In this document: positions 9,144 through 19,940 of the stretch, piece after piece
How positions within the stretch are numbered: the first letter of the stretch is position 1
Layout of the letters: every line of letters begins with the position of its first letter
NCBI GenBank assembly: GCA_964535025.1
Contig: CAZHRW010000176.1
Coordinates: 1 to 60,742 of the forward strand
DNA length: 60,742 nt
Origin: an uncultured Planctomycetales bacterium
Lineage (GTDB): Bacteria > Planctomycetota > Phycisphaerae > SM23-33 > FEN-1343
Direction: 5' to 3'
Notes under the pieces: generated by a model
Databases searched by the model: none
Seen by the model: the letters and a program-made list of their open reading frames with translations, nothing else
What the model was told of the DNA's origin: nothing
Translations under genes and position numbers: made by a program

Positions 9144-9917
9144 CTATCGTCCATCCGTCAGCACGTCGACGCCGTCGGAGGTGATCGCCAGCATGTGTTC
9201 AAAATGCGCCGACGGCTTGCCGTCGGCCGTCACGACCGTCCATCCGTCCTCCAGGACCTTCACCTGCTCGGTCCCGGCGTTCACCATCGGTTCCACGGCC
9301 ACCACCAGCCCTTCGGTCAACACGATGTCGTGAGCCTTCAACGCACGGCTCACGTAGTTGGGCACCTTCGGATCCTCGTGCATCTCGGTCCCGATCCCGT
9401 GCCCGACGAACTGGCGCACGACACCGAAGTTCTCCTGGTCGGCCACGCGGACCATCTCCGCGGCAATCGCGCTCCAGCGCCGACCGGGCTGGGCCATCTC
9501 GATGGCCACCTCGAGCATCCGGCGGGTGGCGTCCACCAGCCGCCGGCGGGTCGGGTCGACCTCGCCGACGATCACCGTCGTCGCCGAGTCCCCGCAGTAG
9601 CCGTGCAGGCGAACACCGAAATCGATGCTCACCAGGTCGCCCGCGGCGATCCGCCGCTCGGACGGAATGCCGTGCACCACCTGCTCGTTGATCGAGCAGC
9701 AGATGGCGCCCGGGAACGGACCTTTCGGCCCCGGCACGCCCTTGAACAGGCACTCGGCCCCCGCCTCGGCGCAGATCCGTTCGGCTTCGGCGTTCAGCGC
9801 GGCGGTCGTCACACCGGGGGCGGCCACGGTCGCCAGGTGGTCGAGCACCTGACGCACGAGACGGCCGGCCCCACGCATCAACTCGATTTCTCGCGGGCTT
9901 TTCAGTTTGTACGCCAA
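9144..9917 (-). CDS. map: Methionine aminopeptidase type I
   Basis: [31 protein letters not shown]. Confidence 0.96.
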   Translation of the reverse strand: MAYKLKSPREIELMRGAGRLVRQVLDHLATVAAPGVTTAALNAEAERICAEAGAECLFKGVPGPKGPFPGAICCSINEQVVHGIPSERRIAAGDLVSIDFGVRLHGYCGDSATTVIVGEVDPTRRRLVDATRRMLEVAIEMAQPGRRWSAIAAEMVRVADQENFGVVRQFVGHGIGTEMHEDPKVPNYVSRALKAHDIVLTEGLVVAVEPMVNAGTEQVKVLEDGWTVVTADGKPSAHFEHMLAITSDGVDVLTDGR

Positions 9918-9941
9918 CGGACCTTCCTGCGTTCCGCTCGT

Positions 9942-10598
9942 CTAGGCCTTCAGCGCGGCGACCATGTCCTCGGTCACCTCGTCGGGCCGCTTGTTGCCGT
10001 CAAACTCGATGACCTTGTCGGGAGCGGTTCTCTTGTAATAGTCGATCAACGGGGCCGTCTGGGCCCGGTAGGCCTCCAGCCGCTGGCGGACCACCTCTTC
10101 GGTGTCGTCGGCGCGCTGCACGAATTCGCCCTTGTAGCCGCACTTGTCGCAGACGCCCTCGACGGCCGGCGGCATGAACGTCATGTGGTAGATCGCCCCG
10201 CATCTGGGGCAACTGCGCCGCCCGCAGATCCGCTCGATCACGGCGTCGGTCGACACGTCGATCACGGCCACCGTGTCCAGCGGCGCGCCCAGCTCGACCA
10301 GTTGGGCGTCCAGGGCCTCGGCCTGCGGCTCGGTGCGGGGGAACCCGTCCAGCAGCAGCCCCTTGGCGGCGGTGGGATCGCTGATGGCCTTGGCCATCAC
10401 GTCGACGACGACCTCATCGGGCACCAGCTCGCCGGCGTCCATGTACCGCGCGAGCGTCCGGCCCAGGTCGCTGCCGGAGGCCTTTTCGGCGCGGAGGATG
10501 TCGCCGGAGGACAGGTGGAGCATGTCGAATGTCTCCGCCAGCCGCTTGGCCTGGGTGCCCTTGCCCGCCCCGGGGGCGCCGAGAAGAACGATTCTCAT
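9942..10598 (-). CDS. adk: Adenylate kinase (Zn-lid type)
   Basis: GAPGAGKGTQ, LDGFPR, CPRC/CDKC lid. Confidence 0.97.
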   Translation of the reverse strand: MRIVLLGAPGAGKGTQAKRLAETFDMLHLSSGDILRAEKASGSDLGRTLARYMDAGELVPDEVVVDVMAKAISDPTAAKGLLLDGFPRTEPQAEALDAQLVELGAPLDTVAVIDVSTDAVIERICGRRSCPRCGAIYHMTFMPPAVEGVCDKCGYKGEFVQRADDTEEVVRQRLEAYRAQTAPLIDYYKRTAPDKVIEFDGNKRPDEVTEDMVAALKA

Positions 10599-12157
10599 CA
10601 GCGGGCTCCTTTGATCTTGATGTTATCGCCGAGGAAGCCGCCGTAATTCCTCATGACCAACTGGGCTTCGATCCGCTGGACCACGTCCAGCGCCACCGAC
10701 ACGGTGATCAGCAGGCCCGTCCCGCCCAGGAAGGCCGCGATCGAGTAGGGGATCTCCATCCACAACGTGATGAGGGTCGGAATCACCGCAATCAGGGCCA
10801 GGAACGCGGCCCCGCAGTAGGTAATCCGCTCCATGACCCGCTCGAGGTATTCGGCCGTTCGCCGCCCCGGTCGCAGGCCCGGGATGAAGCTGCCGGAATC
10901 CCGCAGTTGGTCGGCCATCTCCTTGGGCTTGAACTGGACGGTGGTCCAGAAGTAGGCGAAGAAGAAGATCAGGCCGATGTAGCACAGCCAGTACAGGTAG
11001 CTGTCCTGTGCGAAGCTCCGCATGAGAAAGCCAAGAATCCTCGAATCCCCCCAGAACCGGCCCAACCAGCCGAGGATGGCCCCGGGGAAGATCATCAGCG
11101 CGCTGGTGAAGATAATGGGCATGACGCCGCCGTGATTGACGCGCAGGGGCAGGTAGTGCCGCTGCCCGCCGTACACCCGTCGTCCGCGGGTCATCTTGGC
11201 CTGCTGGATGGGGATCCGCCGCTGGCCCTGGGTGATCAGGATCGCCCCGGCGATCACGGCGACGAACATGGCGGCCAATCCGACGAGCTTCAACGGCCCG
11301 ATCTTGCCGGTCTCGCCGGCGAAGGTCCAGGTCGCGCTGCTGAAGAGCATCACGAACGCCTGGGGCATGCGGGCGACGATGCCGGCCATGATCAGCAGGC
11401 TGATGCCGTTGCCGATCCCGTACTCGTCGATCTGTTCGCCCAGCCACATCAGGAACACGGTGCCGGTGGTCATGGCCAGGACGCCCATGATGGTCGTCAG
11501 CGGGCCGCCCCACCCGGGGTAGAACTCCGAGGAGAAATTCACCCAGAACGACGCCTGGATCAGGCACAGGGCGACGGTCGCGTAGCGGGTGTACTCCTGG
11601 ATCTTCCGGCGGCCGGCCTCGCCCTCGCGTTGGAGCCGTTCGATGGACGGCACGACGGTGCCCAGCAGTTGGAAGATAATCGACGCGGTGATGTACGGCA
11701 TGATGCCCAAGCCGAAGATGGTGGACATCTGCAGGTTCCCGCCGGTGTAGAGGGCCACGGTCTGGAGGATGGTGCCGAGCGCCTCGCCTTCGGCGGCCTG
11801 GGCCTGGGCGGTCATGGCCTCCTGGTTGAGCCCGGGGATCGGGATCCAGTAGCCGATCCGGTAGATCGCCAGCAGGCCGACGGTGAAGCCGAGTTTCCGG
11901 ACGAGTTCCGGGATGGAGAAGATATTCTCCATGATGCGGCGCAGGCGGGTGCGGGCGATCACGGTGAGGTAAAAGCCGCCCAGCAGCGCCACGGCCAGCA
12001 CCAGCATGCCGATGGGCCAGCCCAGGCGAGCGGCATCGACGGACTCGGCCTGGAGGACCTCCATAATGCGCAGGAGGCCTTCCCGAATGCCCAGCCATGC
12101 CGCGATGGCAACCACGACGGCGCCGCTGACCAGCCTGAAGATGCTAAACGCTTTCAT
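10598..12157 (-). CDS. secY: Preprotein translocase SecY, possibly with an N-terminal hydrophobic extension
   Basis: GIMPYITASII, WLGEQI..GIGNG, FIPGLRPG; start uncertain. Confidence 0.95.
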   Translation of the reverse strand: MKAFSIFRLVSGAVVVAIAAWLGIREGLLRIMEVLQAESVDAARLGWPIGMLVLAVALLGGFYLTVIARTRLRRIMENIFSIPELVRKLGFTVGLLAIYRIGYWIPIPGLNQEAMTAQAQAAEGEALGTILQTVALYTGGNLQMSTIFGLGIMPYITASIIFQLLGTVVPSIERLQREGEAGRRKIQEYTRYATVALCLIQASFWVNFSSEFYPGWGGPLTTIMGVLAMTTGTVFLMWLGEQIDEYGIGNGISLLIMAGIVARMPQAFVMLFSSATWTFAGETGKIGPLKLVGLAAMFVAVIAGAILITQGQRRIPIQQAKMTRGRRVYGGQRHYLPLRVNHGGVMPIIFTSALMIFPGAILGWLGRFWGDSRILGFLMRSFAQDSYLYWLCYIGLIFFFAYFWTTVQFKPKEMADQLRDSGSFIPGLRPGRRTAEYLERVMERITYCGAAFLALIAVIPTLITLWMEIPYSIAAFLGGTGLLITVSVALDVVQRIEAQLVMRNYGGFLGDNIKIKGAR

Positions 12158-12180
12158 CCGTCACTCTCACCCGTCTGGGC

Positions 12181-12633
12181 CTACGCCTCGGTGCACTCCA
12201 GCGAGCCGCCGGCGGCGGCCACCTTTTCGGCGGCGCCGGCGGAGGCGCGGGTCACCCGAACCGTAAGCTTGTGTGTCAATTCACCATCGCCGAGCAGCTT
12301 CACGACGGCGTCGGCCCGCTCGATCAGTCCCTTGGCGGCCAGGGCCTCGGCGTCGACGGTCTGGCCGTCGGCGAAGGCGCGCTGGAGGTCCCGCACGTTG
12401 ACAGTCTCGACGCCCTTGGCGAAGGCGGCATTGTTGAACCCGCGTTTGGGCACCCGTCGGATCTGCGGGTTCGTGCCGCCCTCGAAGCCCAACAGGGCGC
12501 CGGCGCCGCTGCGCTGCCCGTAGCCCTTGTGCCCGCGTCCGGCGGTCTTGCCCCGCCCGCTGCCGCGGCCGCGGCCGACGCGCCGACGGCGTTTGCGCCG
12601 CCCGGCCGCCGAGAGAATCTCGTCTAACCTCAT
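12181..12633 (-). CDS. rplO: 50S ribosomal protein L15
   Basis: RVGRGRGSGRGKTAGRGHKG, FEGG, PKRGF. Confidence 0.96.
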   Translation of the reverse strand: MRLDEILSAAGRRKRRRRVGRGRGSGRGKTAGRGHKGYGQRSGAGALLGFEGGTNPQIRRVPKRGFNNAAFAKGVETVNVRDLQRAFADGQTVDAEALAAKGLIERADAVVKLLGDGELTHKLTVRVTRASAGAAEKVAAAGGSLECTEA

Positions 12634-13148
12634 TGCTCGATCTCCACGCCTCGGATCTCGGCGACCTGCTCGGCCGTCCGCAGCCGCGCCAGCGCATCCA
12701 TGGTGGCCTTGACCAGGTTCTTGGGGCTGGTGGATCCGTAGGCCTTGGTCAGCACGTCCTTGACGCCGGCCAGTTCCAGCATCGGCCGGATGTTCTTGCC
12801 CGCGATGACGCCCGTCCCTTCGCGGGCGGGCACCATCACGATGCGGGAGGCCCCGAAGCGGCCGATGATCTTGTGGGGGATCGTGTTGCCCTTCAGCGCG
12901 ATATCGACGAGGTTCTTGCGGGCCTCCTTGATGCCCTTGTCCACCGACATCGGCACTTCCTTGGCCTTGCCGTATCCGATGCCGATCTTCCCGTTGCGGT
13001 CGCCCACCACGACCAGCGCGGCGAAGCTGAACCGCCGCCCGCCCTTGACGACGCAGGCGCAACGGTAGATCTTCACCACGTGGTCTTCGAACGCGTCATC
13101 GCTTTCGCGAACGGGCTCGCGTCCTCGCGGTCTTCGATTCAGAGCCAA
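12630..13148 (-). CDS. rpsE: 30S ribosomal protein S5
   Basis: VVKGGRRFSFAALVVVGD; TTG start with GGAG RBS inferred. Confidence 0.94.
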   Translation of the reverse strand: MALNRRPRGREPVRESDDAFEDHVVKIYRCACVVKGGRRFSFAALVVVGDRNGKIGIGYGKAKEVPMSVDKGIKEARKNLVDIALKGNTIPHKIIGRFGASRIVMVPAREGTGVIAGKNIRPMLELAGVKDVLTKAYGSTSPKNLVKATMDALARLRTAEQVAEIRGVEIEQ

Positions 13149-13257
13149 GATAATGCTCCCGTAGCTAAACTTTGCGTCGGCGGGGGGTCTTGCCCCGGGC
13201 CCGTGGGGACACTCGTCTTCCCGCACCGGCCGCTGCCGCCGCCGCCGTCGTTGTGTC

Positions 13258-13623
13258 CTAGAATGCCAACCCGCCTTCGCGCGCCGACTCGGCCAGGGCC
13301 TTGACCCGCCCGTGATAGCGGTAGCCGTTGCGGTCGAAGACGATCGTCTTGATGCCGGCCTGCGTGGCCTTGGCGGCCAGGGCCTGGCCCACGCGGGCGG
13401 CCGCACCGACGTTGCCGCCGTAGCCGGCGCCGTCGGCGTCCTTGTCCCGCGTCGACGCGGCGACGAGGGTCACGCCCCGGTCGTCGTCGATGATCTGGGC
13501 ATAGATGTTCTTATGGGAACGGAACACCGTCAGGCGAGGCCGTTCGGCCGTCCCGCTCACCTTGCCGCGCACGCGGCGTTTACGCCGCTGCCGCTGATGG
13601 ATTTTCTTGTTGATCGCCTTCAT
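13258..13623 (-). CDS. rplR: 50S ribosomal protein L18
   Basis: [21 protein letters not shown]. Confidence 0.97.
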   Translation of the reverse strand: MKAINKKIHQRQRRKRRVRGKVSGTAERPRLTVFRSHKNIYAQIIDDDRGVTLVAASTRDKDADGAGYGGNVGAAARVGQALAAKATQAGIKTIVFDRNGYRYHGRVKALAESAREGGLAF

Positions 13624-13676
13624 TGGACTGCATCCTCTCCGGCCCGCGGGCCGGCCACGGGTCCGTCATGCCGTCA

Positions 13677-14255
13677 TCAGCCGCCGGCGCCGGCAAAGGC
13701 CTTGCCGACCTTGCGGACAATGTGCTCGCCGGCGTAGCGGATCCCCTTGCCCTTGTAGGGCTCGGGCTTGCGAGCGCGTTTGCACCGGGCGGCGAATTCG
13801 CCGACGGCCTGCTTGTCGATGCCGGTGATGGCGAACCGCGCCGGGTCGTTGTCGCCGCGAGCCGCCGGCGTCGTCACCTCCACGGTCACGCCGTCGGGGA
13901 TCTTCAGTTGGATCGGATGGGCGTACCCGCACGTCAGCGCGAGCGTCTGGCCCTGAACGTTCACGGAGAAGCCCACGCCGTACAGTTCCATATCCTCGCG
14001 GAAGCCGGCGCTGACGCCTTCGACCATATTGGCGATCAGCGACCGTGTCAGTCCGTGCAGGCTGCGGCTGAACCGCTCGTCATCGGACCGCTCGACGATC
14101 ACGGCCTTGGTGTCGTCGTCGAGGCGAACGGAGATCCGTTCGTGGTGCGTCCACGCCAGTTTGCCCTTGGGCCCTTCGACGCTGATTTCCCGTCCGTTCA
14201 GCTTGACGCTGACGTGGTCGGGCAGCGGGATCGGTTTCTTGCCTATGCGAGACAT
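13677..14255 (-). CDS. rplF: 50S ribosomal protein L6
   Basis: MSRIGK, PEPYKGKGIRY. Confidence 0.97.
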   Translation of the reverse strand: MSRIGKKPIPLPDHVSVKLNGREISVEGPKGKLAWTHHERISVRLDDDTKAVIVERSDDERFSRSLHGLTRSLIANMVEGVSAGFREDMELYGVGFSVNVQGQTLALTCGYAHPIQLKIPDGVTVEVTTPAARGDNDPARFAITGIDKQAVGEFAARCKRARKPEPYKGKGIRYAGEHIVRKVGKAFAGAGG

Positions 14256-14264
14256 CAGACACCT

Positions 14265-14663
14265 CTAGTACACGGTGCACAGCACTTCGCCGCCGACGTT
14301 GGCCTGGCGCGCCTGGCGGTCGCTCATGACGCCCCGGCTGGTGGAGACGATCGCCACGCCCAGCCCGTCCAGCGGCCGGGGAATCTCGGCCGCGCCGCTG
14401 TAGACGCGACAACCCGGGCGGCTGACGCGCTGGAGGTCGCTGACGATCTGCTCGCCGCCGGGACCGTACCGCAGATACACGCGGAGCAGGCCCTGCTTGC
14501 CGTCCTCGATGCGCTTGTAGTCCTCGATGTACCCTTCGCTCTTGAGGACCTCGCAGATGCCGGCACACACCTTCGACGCGCGCACGTTCACGTGCTTGCG
14601 GCGGACGCGGGCGGCGTTGCGGATCCGCGTGAGCATGTCAGCAATCGGGTCGCTAAGACTCAT
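14265..14663 (-). CDS. rpsH: 30S ribosomal protein S8
   Basis: DPIADMLTRIRNA, STSRGV. Confidence 0.97.
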   Translation of the reverse strand: MSLSDPIADMLTRIRNAARVRRKHVNVRASKVCAGICEVLKSEGYIEDYKRIEDGKQGLLRVYLRYGPGGEQIVSDLQRVSRPGCRVYSGAAEIPRPLDGLGVAIVSTSRGVMSDRQARQANVGGEVLCTVY

Positions 14664-14675
14664 GATCAGGATCCT

Positions 14676-14861
14676 CTACCAGCTGGCCTTCTTGAGGCCG
14701 GGAATCTTTCCTTCGTTGGCCAATGTCCGCAGGCAGATGCGACAGATGCGGAACTTGCGATACACCGCCCGCGGGCGGCCGCACAACTCGCACCGGCGCT
14801 GCGTGCGACTGGCGAACTTGGGTTGACCGGCGGCCTGTAATCTCTGGGCTTTCGTTGCCAT
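14676..14861 (-). CDS. rpsN: 30S ribosomal protein S14 (Zn-binding type Z)
   Basis: RCELCGR..ICRIC..KASW. Confidence 0.96.
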   Translation of the reverse strand: MATKAQRLQAAGQPKFASRTQRRCELCGRPRAVYRKFRICRICLRTLANEGKIPGLKKASW

Positions 14862-14878
14862 CGATGGTGTTGTCCTCT

Positions 14879-15427
14879 TTATTCCACGGGCCTGAACGGC
14901 ATGCCCAACAGACTCAGCAGCCGCCGTGCTTCCTCGTCGCTGGCCGCCGTGGTCGAAAAGGCGATGTTCATGCCTTGGGTAAACTGCACCTTGTCGGGGT
15001 TGATCTCGGGGAACAGGGTCTGCTCGGTCAGCCCCATGTTGTAGTTGCCGCGCCCGTCGAAGGCGTTGGGGTTGAGCCCGCGGAAGTCCTTGACCCGCGG
15101 GATGGCCACCATCACCAGGCGGTCGAGGAACTCGTACATCCGGTCCCGCCGCAGCGTGACCTTCAGGCCGACGTCCATGCCCTCGCGCAGCCGGAAATTG
15201 CTGACCGACTGGCGCGCCTTGGTCACGACGGGCCGCTGGCCGGTGATCGCCGCCAGTTCCTTCAGGGCGGCCTCGAGGCGGTTGGCCTCGCGGGCGGTCT
15301 GGCCCATGCCCATGCTCACGGTGATCTTGACCAGCCGCGCCACGCTCATCGGGTTGTCGTGGCCGAACTCGCTGGCCAGGGCCGGGGCGATCTCGTTTTT
15401 GTAGCGTTCTTCCAAGCGTGCAACCAT
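14879..15427 (-). CDS. rplE: 50S ribosomal protein L5
   Basis: ITGQRP, DFRGL, FDGRGNY. Confidence 0.97.
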   Translation of the reverse strand: MVARLEERYKNEIAPALASEFGHDNPMSVARLVKITVSMGMGQTAREANRLEAALKELAAITGQRPVVTKARQSVSNFRLREGMDVGLKVTLRRDRMYEFLDRLVMVAIPRVKDFRGLNPNAFDGRGNYNMGLTEQTLFPEINPDKVQFTQGMNIAFSTTAASDEEARRLLSLLGMPFRPVE

Positions 15428-15438
15428 CGCGGAGGTTC

Positions 15439-15780
15439 CTACGATTTCTTCGCCTTGCTCACCGTGCCCAGCGACTCGCCGGACACCTTGGCGTAGCGTT
15501 CCTTGACCCCGTCGTCGGTGAAGCGGAACCCGACGCGGGTGGGCCGGTCGGTCTTGGGGTCGACCACCATCACGTTGGAGAGTGCCAGGGGCATCTCCTT
15601 CTGGATGCGTCCGCCCTGCGGGTGCTCCCGCGAGGGGCGCATGTGCTTATAGACGCGGTTGACGCCCTGCACCAGGACCTTGCCGCGCTGCGGCTCGACC
15701 CGGAGCACTTCGCCGCGCTTGCCGAGGTCCTTGCCGGCAATCACTTCAACGGTATCGCCTTTTCGAATCTTGCTTGCCAT
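15439..15780 (-). CDS. rplX: 50S ribosomal protein L24
   Basis: KOW motif [16 protein letters not shown]. Confidence 0.96.
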   Translation of the reverse strand: MASKIRKGDTVEVIAGKDLGKRGEVLRVEPQRGKVLVQGVNRVYKHMRPSREHPQGGRIQKEMPLALSNVMVVDPKTDRPTRVGFRFTDDGVKERYAKVSGESLGTVSKAKKS

Positions 15781-15793
15781 GGTTCTGATCCGT

Positions 15794-16180
15794 TCACACC
15801 ACGTCGCTGGCCAGCGACACGATCTTCATGTAGTTTTTCTCGCGAAGCTCGCGGGCGACGGCGCCGAAGATACGGGTGCCGCGCGGGTCGCCCCGCTCGT
15901 CGACGATCACCGCCGCGTTGGAATCGAACCGCACGTAGCTGCCGTCCATCCGTCGGACGGGTTTGCGGGTCCGGACGATCACGCAGCGGACGACGTCGCC
16001 TTTCTTGACGTCCCCGCCGGGGATCGCCTTCTTGACGCTGCACAGGATGACATCGCCGACGCTCGCGGCCTTGCGCGTCTTGCGTCCGCGGGCGGTCGAC
16101 CCGCCCAGCACCTTGATGCACTGGGCGATGGTCGCGCCGCTGTTGTCGGCGATTCGTAGTCTGCTTTCTGCCTGAATCAC
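15794..16180 (-). CDS. rplN: 50S ribosomal protein L14
   Basis: [18 protein letters not shown]. Confidence 0.97.
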   Translation of the reverse strand: MIQAESRLRIADNSGATIAQCIKVLGGSTARGRKTRKAASVGDVILCSVKKAIPGGDVKKGDVVRCVIVRTRKPVRRMDGSYVRFDSNAAVIVDERGDPRGTRIFGAVARELREKNYMKIVSLASDVV

Positions 16181-16247
16181 TGGTCCTACCTCACGAACGC
16201 CCGCGGCCGGCGGCCGCGACGTCCCGTCTGCCGCCCGCGCTGTTCGC

Positions 16248-16526
16248 TTACCTCAGTTTGGCCCGTGCCACCACCCGGTTCAGCCGCCAGTGCTTCCGCT
16301 TGCTGACCGGACGGCACGGGACGATATCCACCGTGTCGCCCACGTCGGCGTCATTGTTCGGGTCGTGAACCGCCTGCTTGGACCACTGCTTGATGTACTT
16401 GCCGTACAGCGGATGCTTCACCAGCCGGCTGATCCGGACGGTGCACGTCTTGTTCCCGCCGGCCGAGACGACCACGCCGGTCTGGTGCTCATAACGTTTC
16501 TGCGTGCTTTCGGTCGATGCTGTCAT
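16248..16526 (-). CDS. rpsQ: 30S ribosomal protein S17
   Basis: [15 protein letters not shown]. Confidence 0.96.
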   Translation of the reverse strand: MTASTESTQKRYEHQTGVVVSAGGNKTCTVRISRLVKHPLYGKYIKQWSKQAVHDPNNDADVGDTVDIVPCRPVSKRKHWRLNRVVARAKLR

Positions 16527-16535
16527 GGCTGTTGG

Positions 16536-16748
16536 CTATTTCTCTTGGGCGGCCGCTCTGGCCCGCTCGTTTTGCACCGTCAGGCAACGGGCGATGTCCC
16601 GTTTGGCCTGCTTGATCAGCGTCGGCGATTCGAGCTTCTCGGTCACCGACTGCGCCCGCAGGTCGTACACATGACGCCGAAGCCGGCGGATCTCGTCGGC
16701 CAGTTGGGCGTCCGACATGTCACGAATCTCTTGGACCTTCATCGTCAC
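16536..16748 (-). CDS. rpmC: 50S ribosomal protein L29
   Basis: Size, position between rplP and rpsQ, KRDIARCLT. Confidence 0.94.
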   Translation of the reverse strand: MTMKVQEIRDMSDAQLADEIRRLRRHVYDLRAQSVTEKLESPTLIKQAKRDIARCLTVQNERARAAAQEK

Positions 16749-16754
16749 CCTCCT

Positions 16755-17174
16755 TTACAGCCCGTGACGACGTGCCGTGAAGCGGCATCGTACCGGCATC
16801 TTGTGGGCGACCCGCAACAGGGCCTGCTTGGCGGTCATCTCGTCGACGCCGCCGATCTCGTAGAGGATATTGCCCGGCTTGATCGGCGCGACCCAGTGGT
16901 CCGGCTCGCCCTTGCCCTTGCCCATCCGGGTCTCCAGCGGCTTGGAGGTGACGGGCTTGTCGGGGAAGATCCGGATGTACACCTTGCCTTCGCGGTGAAG
17001 GAAGTGCGTCGCGGCGACACGCCCGGCTTCCAGGGTACGGGCGGTGATCCAGCCCGGCTCGAGCGTCTGCAGCCCGTACTCCCCGAAGGCGACCGTGTTG
17101 CCGCGCGTGGCCATGCCACGGACGCGCCCGCGGTGCATCTTGCGGTGCTTGATTCGTTTCGGCATTAACGCCAT
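16755..17174 (-). CDS. rplP: 50S ribosomal protein L16
   Basis: [15 protein letters not shown]. Confidence 0.97.
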   Translation of the reverse strand: MALMPKRIKHRKMHRGRVRGMATRGNTVAFGEYGLQTLEPGWITARTLEAGRVAATHFLHREGKVYIRIFPDKPVTSKPLETRMGKGKGEPDHWVAPIKPGNILYEIGGVDEMTAKQALLRVAHKMPVRCRFTARRHGL

Positions 17175-17259
17175 GGTATCACCTGCCGTTTATCGTTCAC
17201 TTCCGCCCGGGGTGCGTCGCATGCGGCACCCGGGCCTACTGACTGCCGTCGCACTGTCG

Positions 17260-18105
17260 TCACTGGCTGGGGGCGTCCGGCGGCGCCGCCTGGGCCGGGG
17301 TCTCGCCCGGCTGGGGGGTACTCGACGACGCCGGCGAGGTCGAGCCGCCGGTGCGGCGCGGGCCGCCGCGCCCGGGGCCGCTCCGTCCGGGGCCGCTCCG
17401 TCCGGGGGTGCGACGTCGTCCCCGCTGGAACCCGCCGCCGGGCCCGGTCGTTTCATCGCTGGTCGCCGTTGCGTACGGCCCGCGGTAGATCCACACCTTC
17501 ACGCCCAGGGTGCCGTACTTCGTCTTGGCGTGCACCATGCCGTAGTCGACGAAGGCATCCAGCGTCTGCAGCGGGATCGACCCGGCCGTCTGGGTTTCGG
17601 TGCGGCTCATTTCCGCGCCGCCGAGGCGGCCGGACAACTGGATCTTGATGCCCTTGGCGCCGGCGTTCATCGACTGCTCCAGTCGCATTTTCAGCGTCCG
17701 GCGGAAGCTGGTGCGCCGCTTGAGCTGTTCGGCGATGCCCGAGGCGACCAGTTGGGCGTTCAGGTCGGGGTTCTTGATCTCGACGATGTTCACATTCACC
17801 CGGCGGTCGGTCAGATCCTCCAGCTCGGCCTTGAGGCGGTCGACCTCGGCGCCCTTGGGGCCGATGACCAGGCCCGGGCGGGCGGTGCGCAGGATGACCT
17901 TGACCTCTTCGCGGGTCCGCTCGATGTGCACCGCCGACACCGCCGCGTACGGCGGGGACTGATTGAGGCGCTGATCGACGAACCGACGGATCTTCTCGTC
18001 CTCGACCAGGAACTCGCCGTAGTTGCTCTTCGGGGCGAACCAGAGACTCTTCCATCCCTGCGTGATGCCCGTTCGGAACCCGATTGGATTGACTTTCTGA
18101 CCCAT
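17260..18105 (-). CDS. rpsC: 30S ribosomal protein S3 with low-complexity tail
   Basis: MGQKVNPIGFR, ARPGLVIG, SGRLGGAEM. Confidence 0.97.
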   Translation of the reverse strand: MGQKVNPIGFRTGITQGWKSLWFAPKSNYGEFLVEDEKIRRFVDQRLNQSPPYAAVSAVHIERTREEVKVILRTARPGLVIGPKGAEVDRLKAELEDLTDRRVNVNIVEIKNPDLNAQLVASGIAEQLKRRTSFRRTLKMRLEQSMNAGAKGIKIQLSGRLGGAEMSRTETQTAGSIPLQTLDAFVDYGMVHAKTKYGTLGVKVWIYRGPYATATSDETTGPGGGFQRGRRRTPGRSGPGRSGPGRGGPRRTGGSTSPASSSTPQPGETPAQAAPPDAPSQ

Positions 18106-18115
18106 ACGTTTCGTC

Positions 18116-18445
18116 CTAGTCCTCTTCCACGACCACCGTGATATGGCTCGTGCGTTTCCTGATCGGGTGGGCCCGACCCCGGTCCTTGGGGCGGAACCGC
18201 GGGATCGTGGGGCCTTCGTCGACAAAAGCCTTCTGCACGTAAAGGCGCGTCACATCGGCCTCGTCATTATCGGCGTTGGCGACCGCGCTGCGCAGGACCT
18301 TGTCGAGCATGTTCGCCGCCCGGTTGGGGGTGAACTTCAGGATGTTCAGCGCCTCGTCAACGTCGGCGTCGCGGATCATATCCGCGACCAGCCGCACCTT
18401 ACGGGCACTGATGCGGGCGAACCGATGTTTCGATACCCATGCCAT
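18116..18445 (-). CDS. rplV: 50S ribosomal protein L22
   Basis: [19 protein letters not shown]. Confidence 0.97.
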   Translation of the reverse strand: MAWVSKHRFARISARKVRLVADMIRDADVDEALNILKFTPNRAANMLDKVLRSAVANADNDEADVTRLYVQKAFVDEGPTIPRFRPKDRGRAHPIRKRTSHITVVVEED

Positions 18446-18470
18446 CTTCCACTACTCCGTTCGACAAACG

Positions 18471-18734
18471 TTATCTGCGGCCGCTATGCCCACGGAACGT
18501 CCGGGTCGGGCTGAATTCGCCGAGTTTGTGACCGACCATGTCCTCGGTGACAAACACGCGGTTGAACACCTTGCCGTTGTGGACCAGGAAGGTGTGCCCG
18601 ACGAACTCCGGCACGATCGTGCAGGCGCGCCACCATGTCTTGATGGGTTCGCGCCGGCCGGTCTCTTCCATCTGCGTGACCTTGCGGTAGAGTCGCTCCA
18701 CCACGAAGGGGCCTTTTTTCAAGCTACGCGCCAT
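18471..18734 (-). CDS. rpsS: 30S ribosomal protein S19
   Basis: [18 protein letters not shown]. Confidence 0.97.
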   Translation of the reverse strand: MARSLKKGPFVVERLYRKVTQMEETGRREPIKTWWRACTIVPEFVGHTFLVHNGKVFNRVFVTEDMVGHKLGEFSPTRTFRGHSGRR

Positions 18735-18780
18735 AGATCGTTCCTTCGCCGGCGGGTCGTCGCCTCGCCGGCCGTCACGT

Positions 18781-19632
18781 TTACAACGTCAACTGCCCGG
18801 CCCGGACATTCCGCCGGCGCCGGATGATCATCTTGTTCGAGGGCTTGCGGCGTTTGCGCGTCTTGCCGCCCTTGGCGGGCTTGCCCGTCGGGCTGCAGGG
18901 ATGACGCCCGCCCCCTGACCGGCCTTCGCCGCCGCCGAGGGGGTGGGACACCGGGTTCATCGCCACGCCGCGCACATGCGGGCGGCGGCCCAGGTGGCGC
19001 CGGCGCCCGGCCTTGCCGAGGCGGACGTTACCGTGATCGAGGTTGCCCAGTTGCCCGATCGTGGCGCGGCAGCGGATGTCGACCATGCGCATCTCGCCCG
19101 ACGGCAGGATCAGGACGGCCTTGTTGCCTTCCTTGGCCGCCAGCCGCGCCACCCCGCCGGCCGAGCGGACCATCTTGCCGCCCTGGCCGGGGTTCAACTC
19201 GATGTTGTGGATCTCCAGGCCCGCGGGGATCGACGCCAGGGGCATGCAGTTGCCCACGCGGGGTTCGACCCGTTCGCCGCTGACGATCGCCTGGCCCACC
19301 TTCAGCCCCAGCGGGGCGAGGATGTAGCGTTTCTCGCCGTCGGTGTAGTGGATCAGGGCGATGTTGCAACTGCGGTTGGGGTCGTATTCGATCCCGGCGA
19401 CCTTGCCGTCGACGCCGTCCTTGTTGCGACGGAAGTCGATCAGGCGGTACATCCGCTTGTTCCCGCCGCCGCGGAACCGCGACGTCGTCTTGCCGCTGTG
19501 GTTGCGTCCGCCGGTCTTGTTGAGCTTGCGGAGCAGCGATTTCTCCGGGGTGGTCTTGGTGACTTCCTCGTACGTATTGACGCTCGAGAACCGCCGCCCC
19601 GGCGATGTCTTCTTGTATACCTTTACGCCCAT
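18781..19632 (-). CDS. rplB: 50S ribosomal protein L2
   Basis: [24 protein letters not shown]. Confidence 0.98.
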   Translation of the reverse strand: MGVKVYKKTSPGRRFSSVNTYEEVTKTTPEKSLLRKLNKTGGRNHSGKTTSRFRGGGNKRMYRLIDFRRNKDGVDGKVAGIEYDPNRSCNIALIHYTDGEKRYILAPLGLKVGQAIVSGERVEPRVGNCMPLASIPAGLEIHNIELNPGQGGKMVRSAGGVARLAAKEGNKAVLILPSGEMRMVDIRCRATIGQLGNLDHGNVRLGKAGRRRHLGRRPHVRGVAMNPVSHPLGGGEGRSGGGRHPCSPTGKPAKGGKTRKRRKPSNKMIIRRRRNVRAGQLTL

Positions 19633-19659
19633 GTGCGTCTCGCTTGCTCGTTGGAGCCG

Positions 19660-19938
19660 TTAGAACAGATCAATATGGTCATCCGGGTGCAGCACCACCA
19701 CGGCCTTCTTCCACGCGGCGGTCTTGCCCCACCGCCTGCCGAACCGGCGGGGTTTGCCCTTGCGGCTGGCGGTCCGGACGTCCCGCACCCTGACCTCGTA
19801 CAACTGCTCGACCGCCTGGCGGATCTGAGCCTTATTCGCATCGCGGTGAACCTGGAACGGATACGCGTTGAGCGCCTTGCTCTGGAACGTGCCCTTCTCG
19901 GTGACCAGCGGTCGGATGATGATGTTGTGGATTTCCAT
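19660..19938 (-). CDS. rplW: 50S ribosomal protein L23
   Basis: PLVTEK, WKKAVV. Confidence 0.96.
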   Translation of the reverse strand: MEIHNIIIRPLVTEKGTFQSKALNAYPFQVHRDANKAQIRQAVEQLYEVRVRDVRTASRKGKPRRFGRRWGKTAAWKKAVVVLHPDDHIDLF

Positions 19939-19940
19939 GG

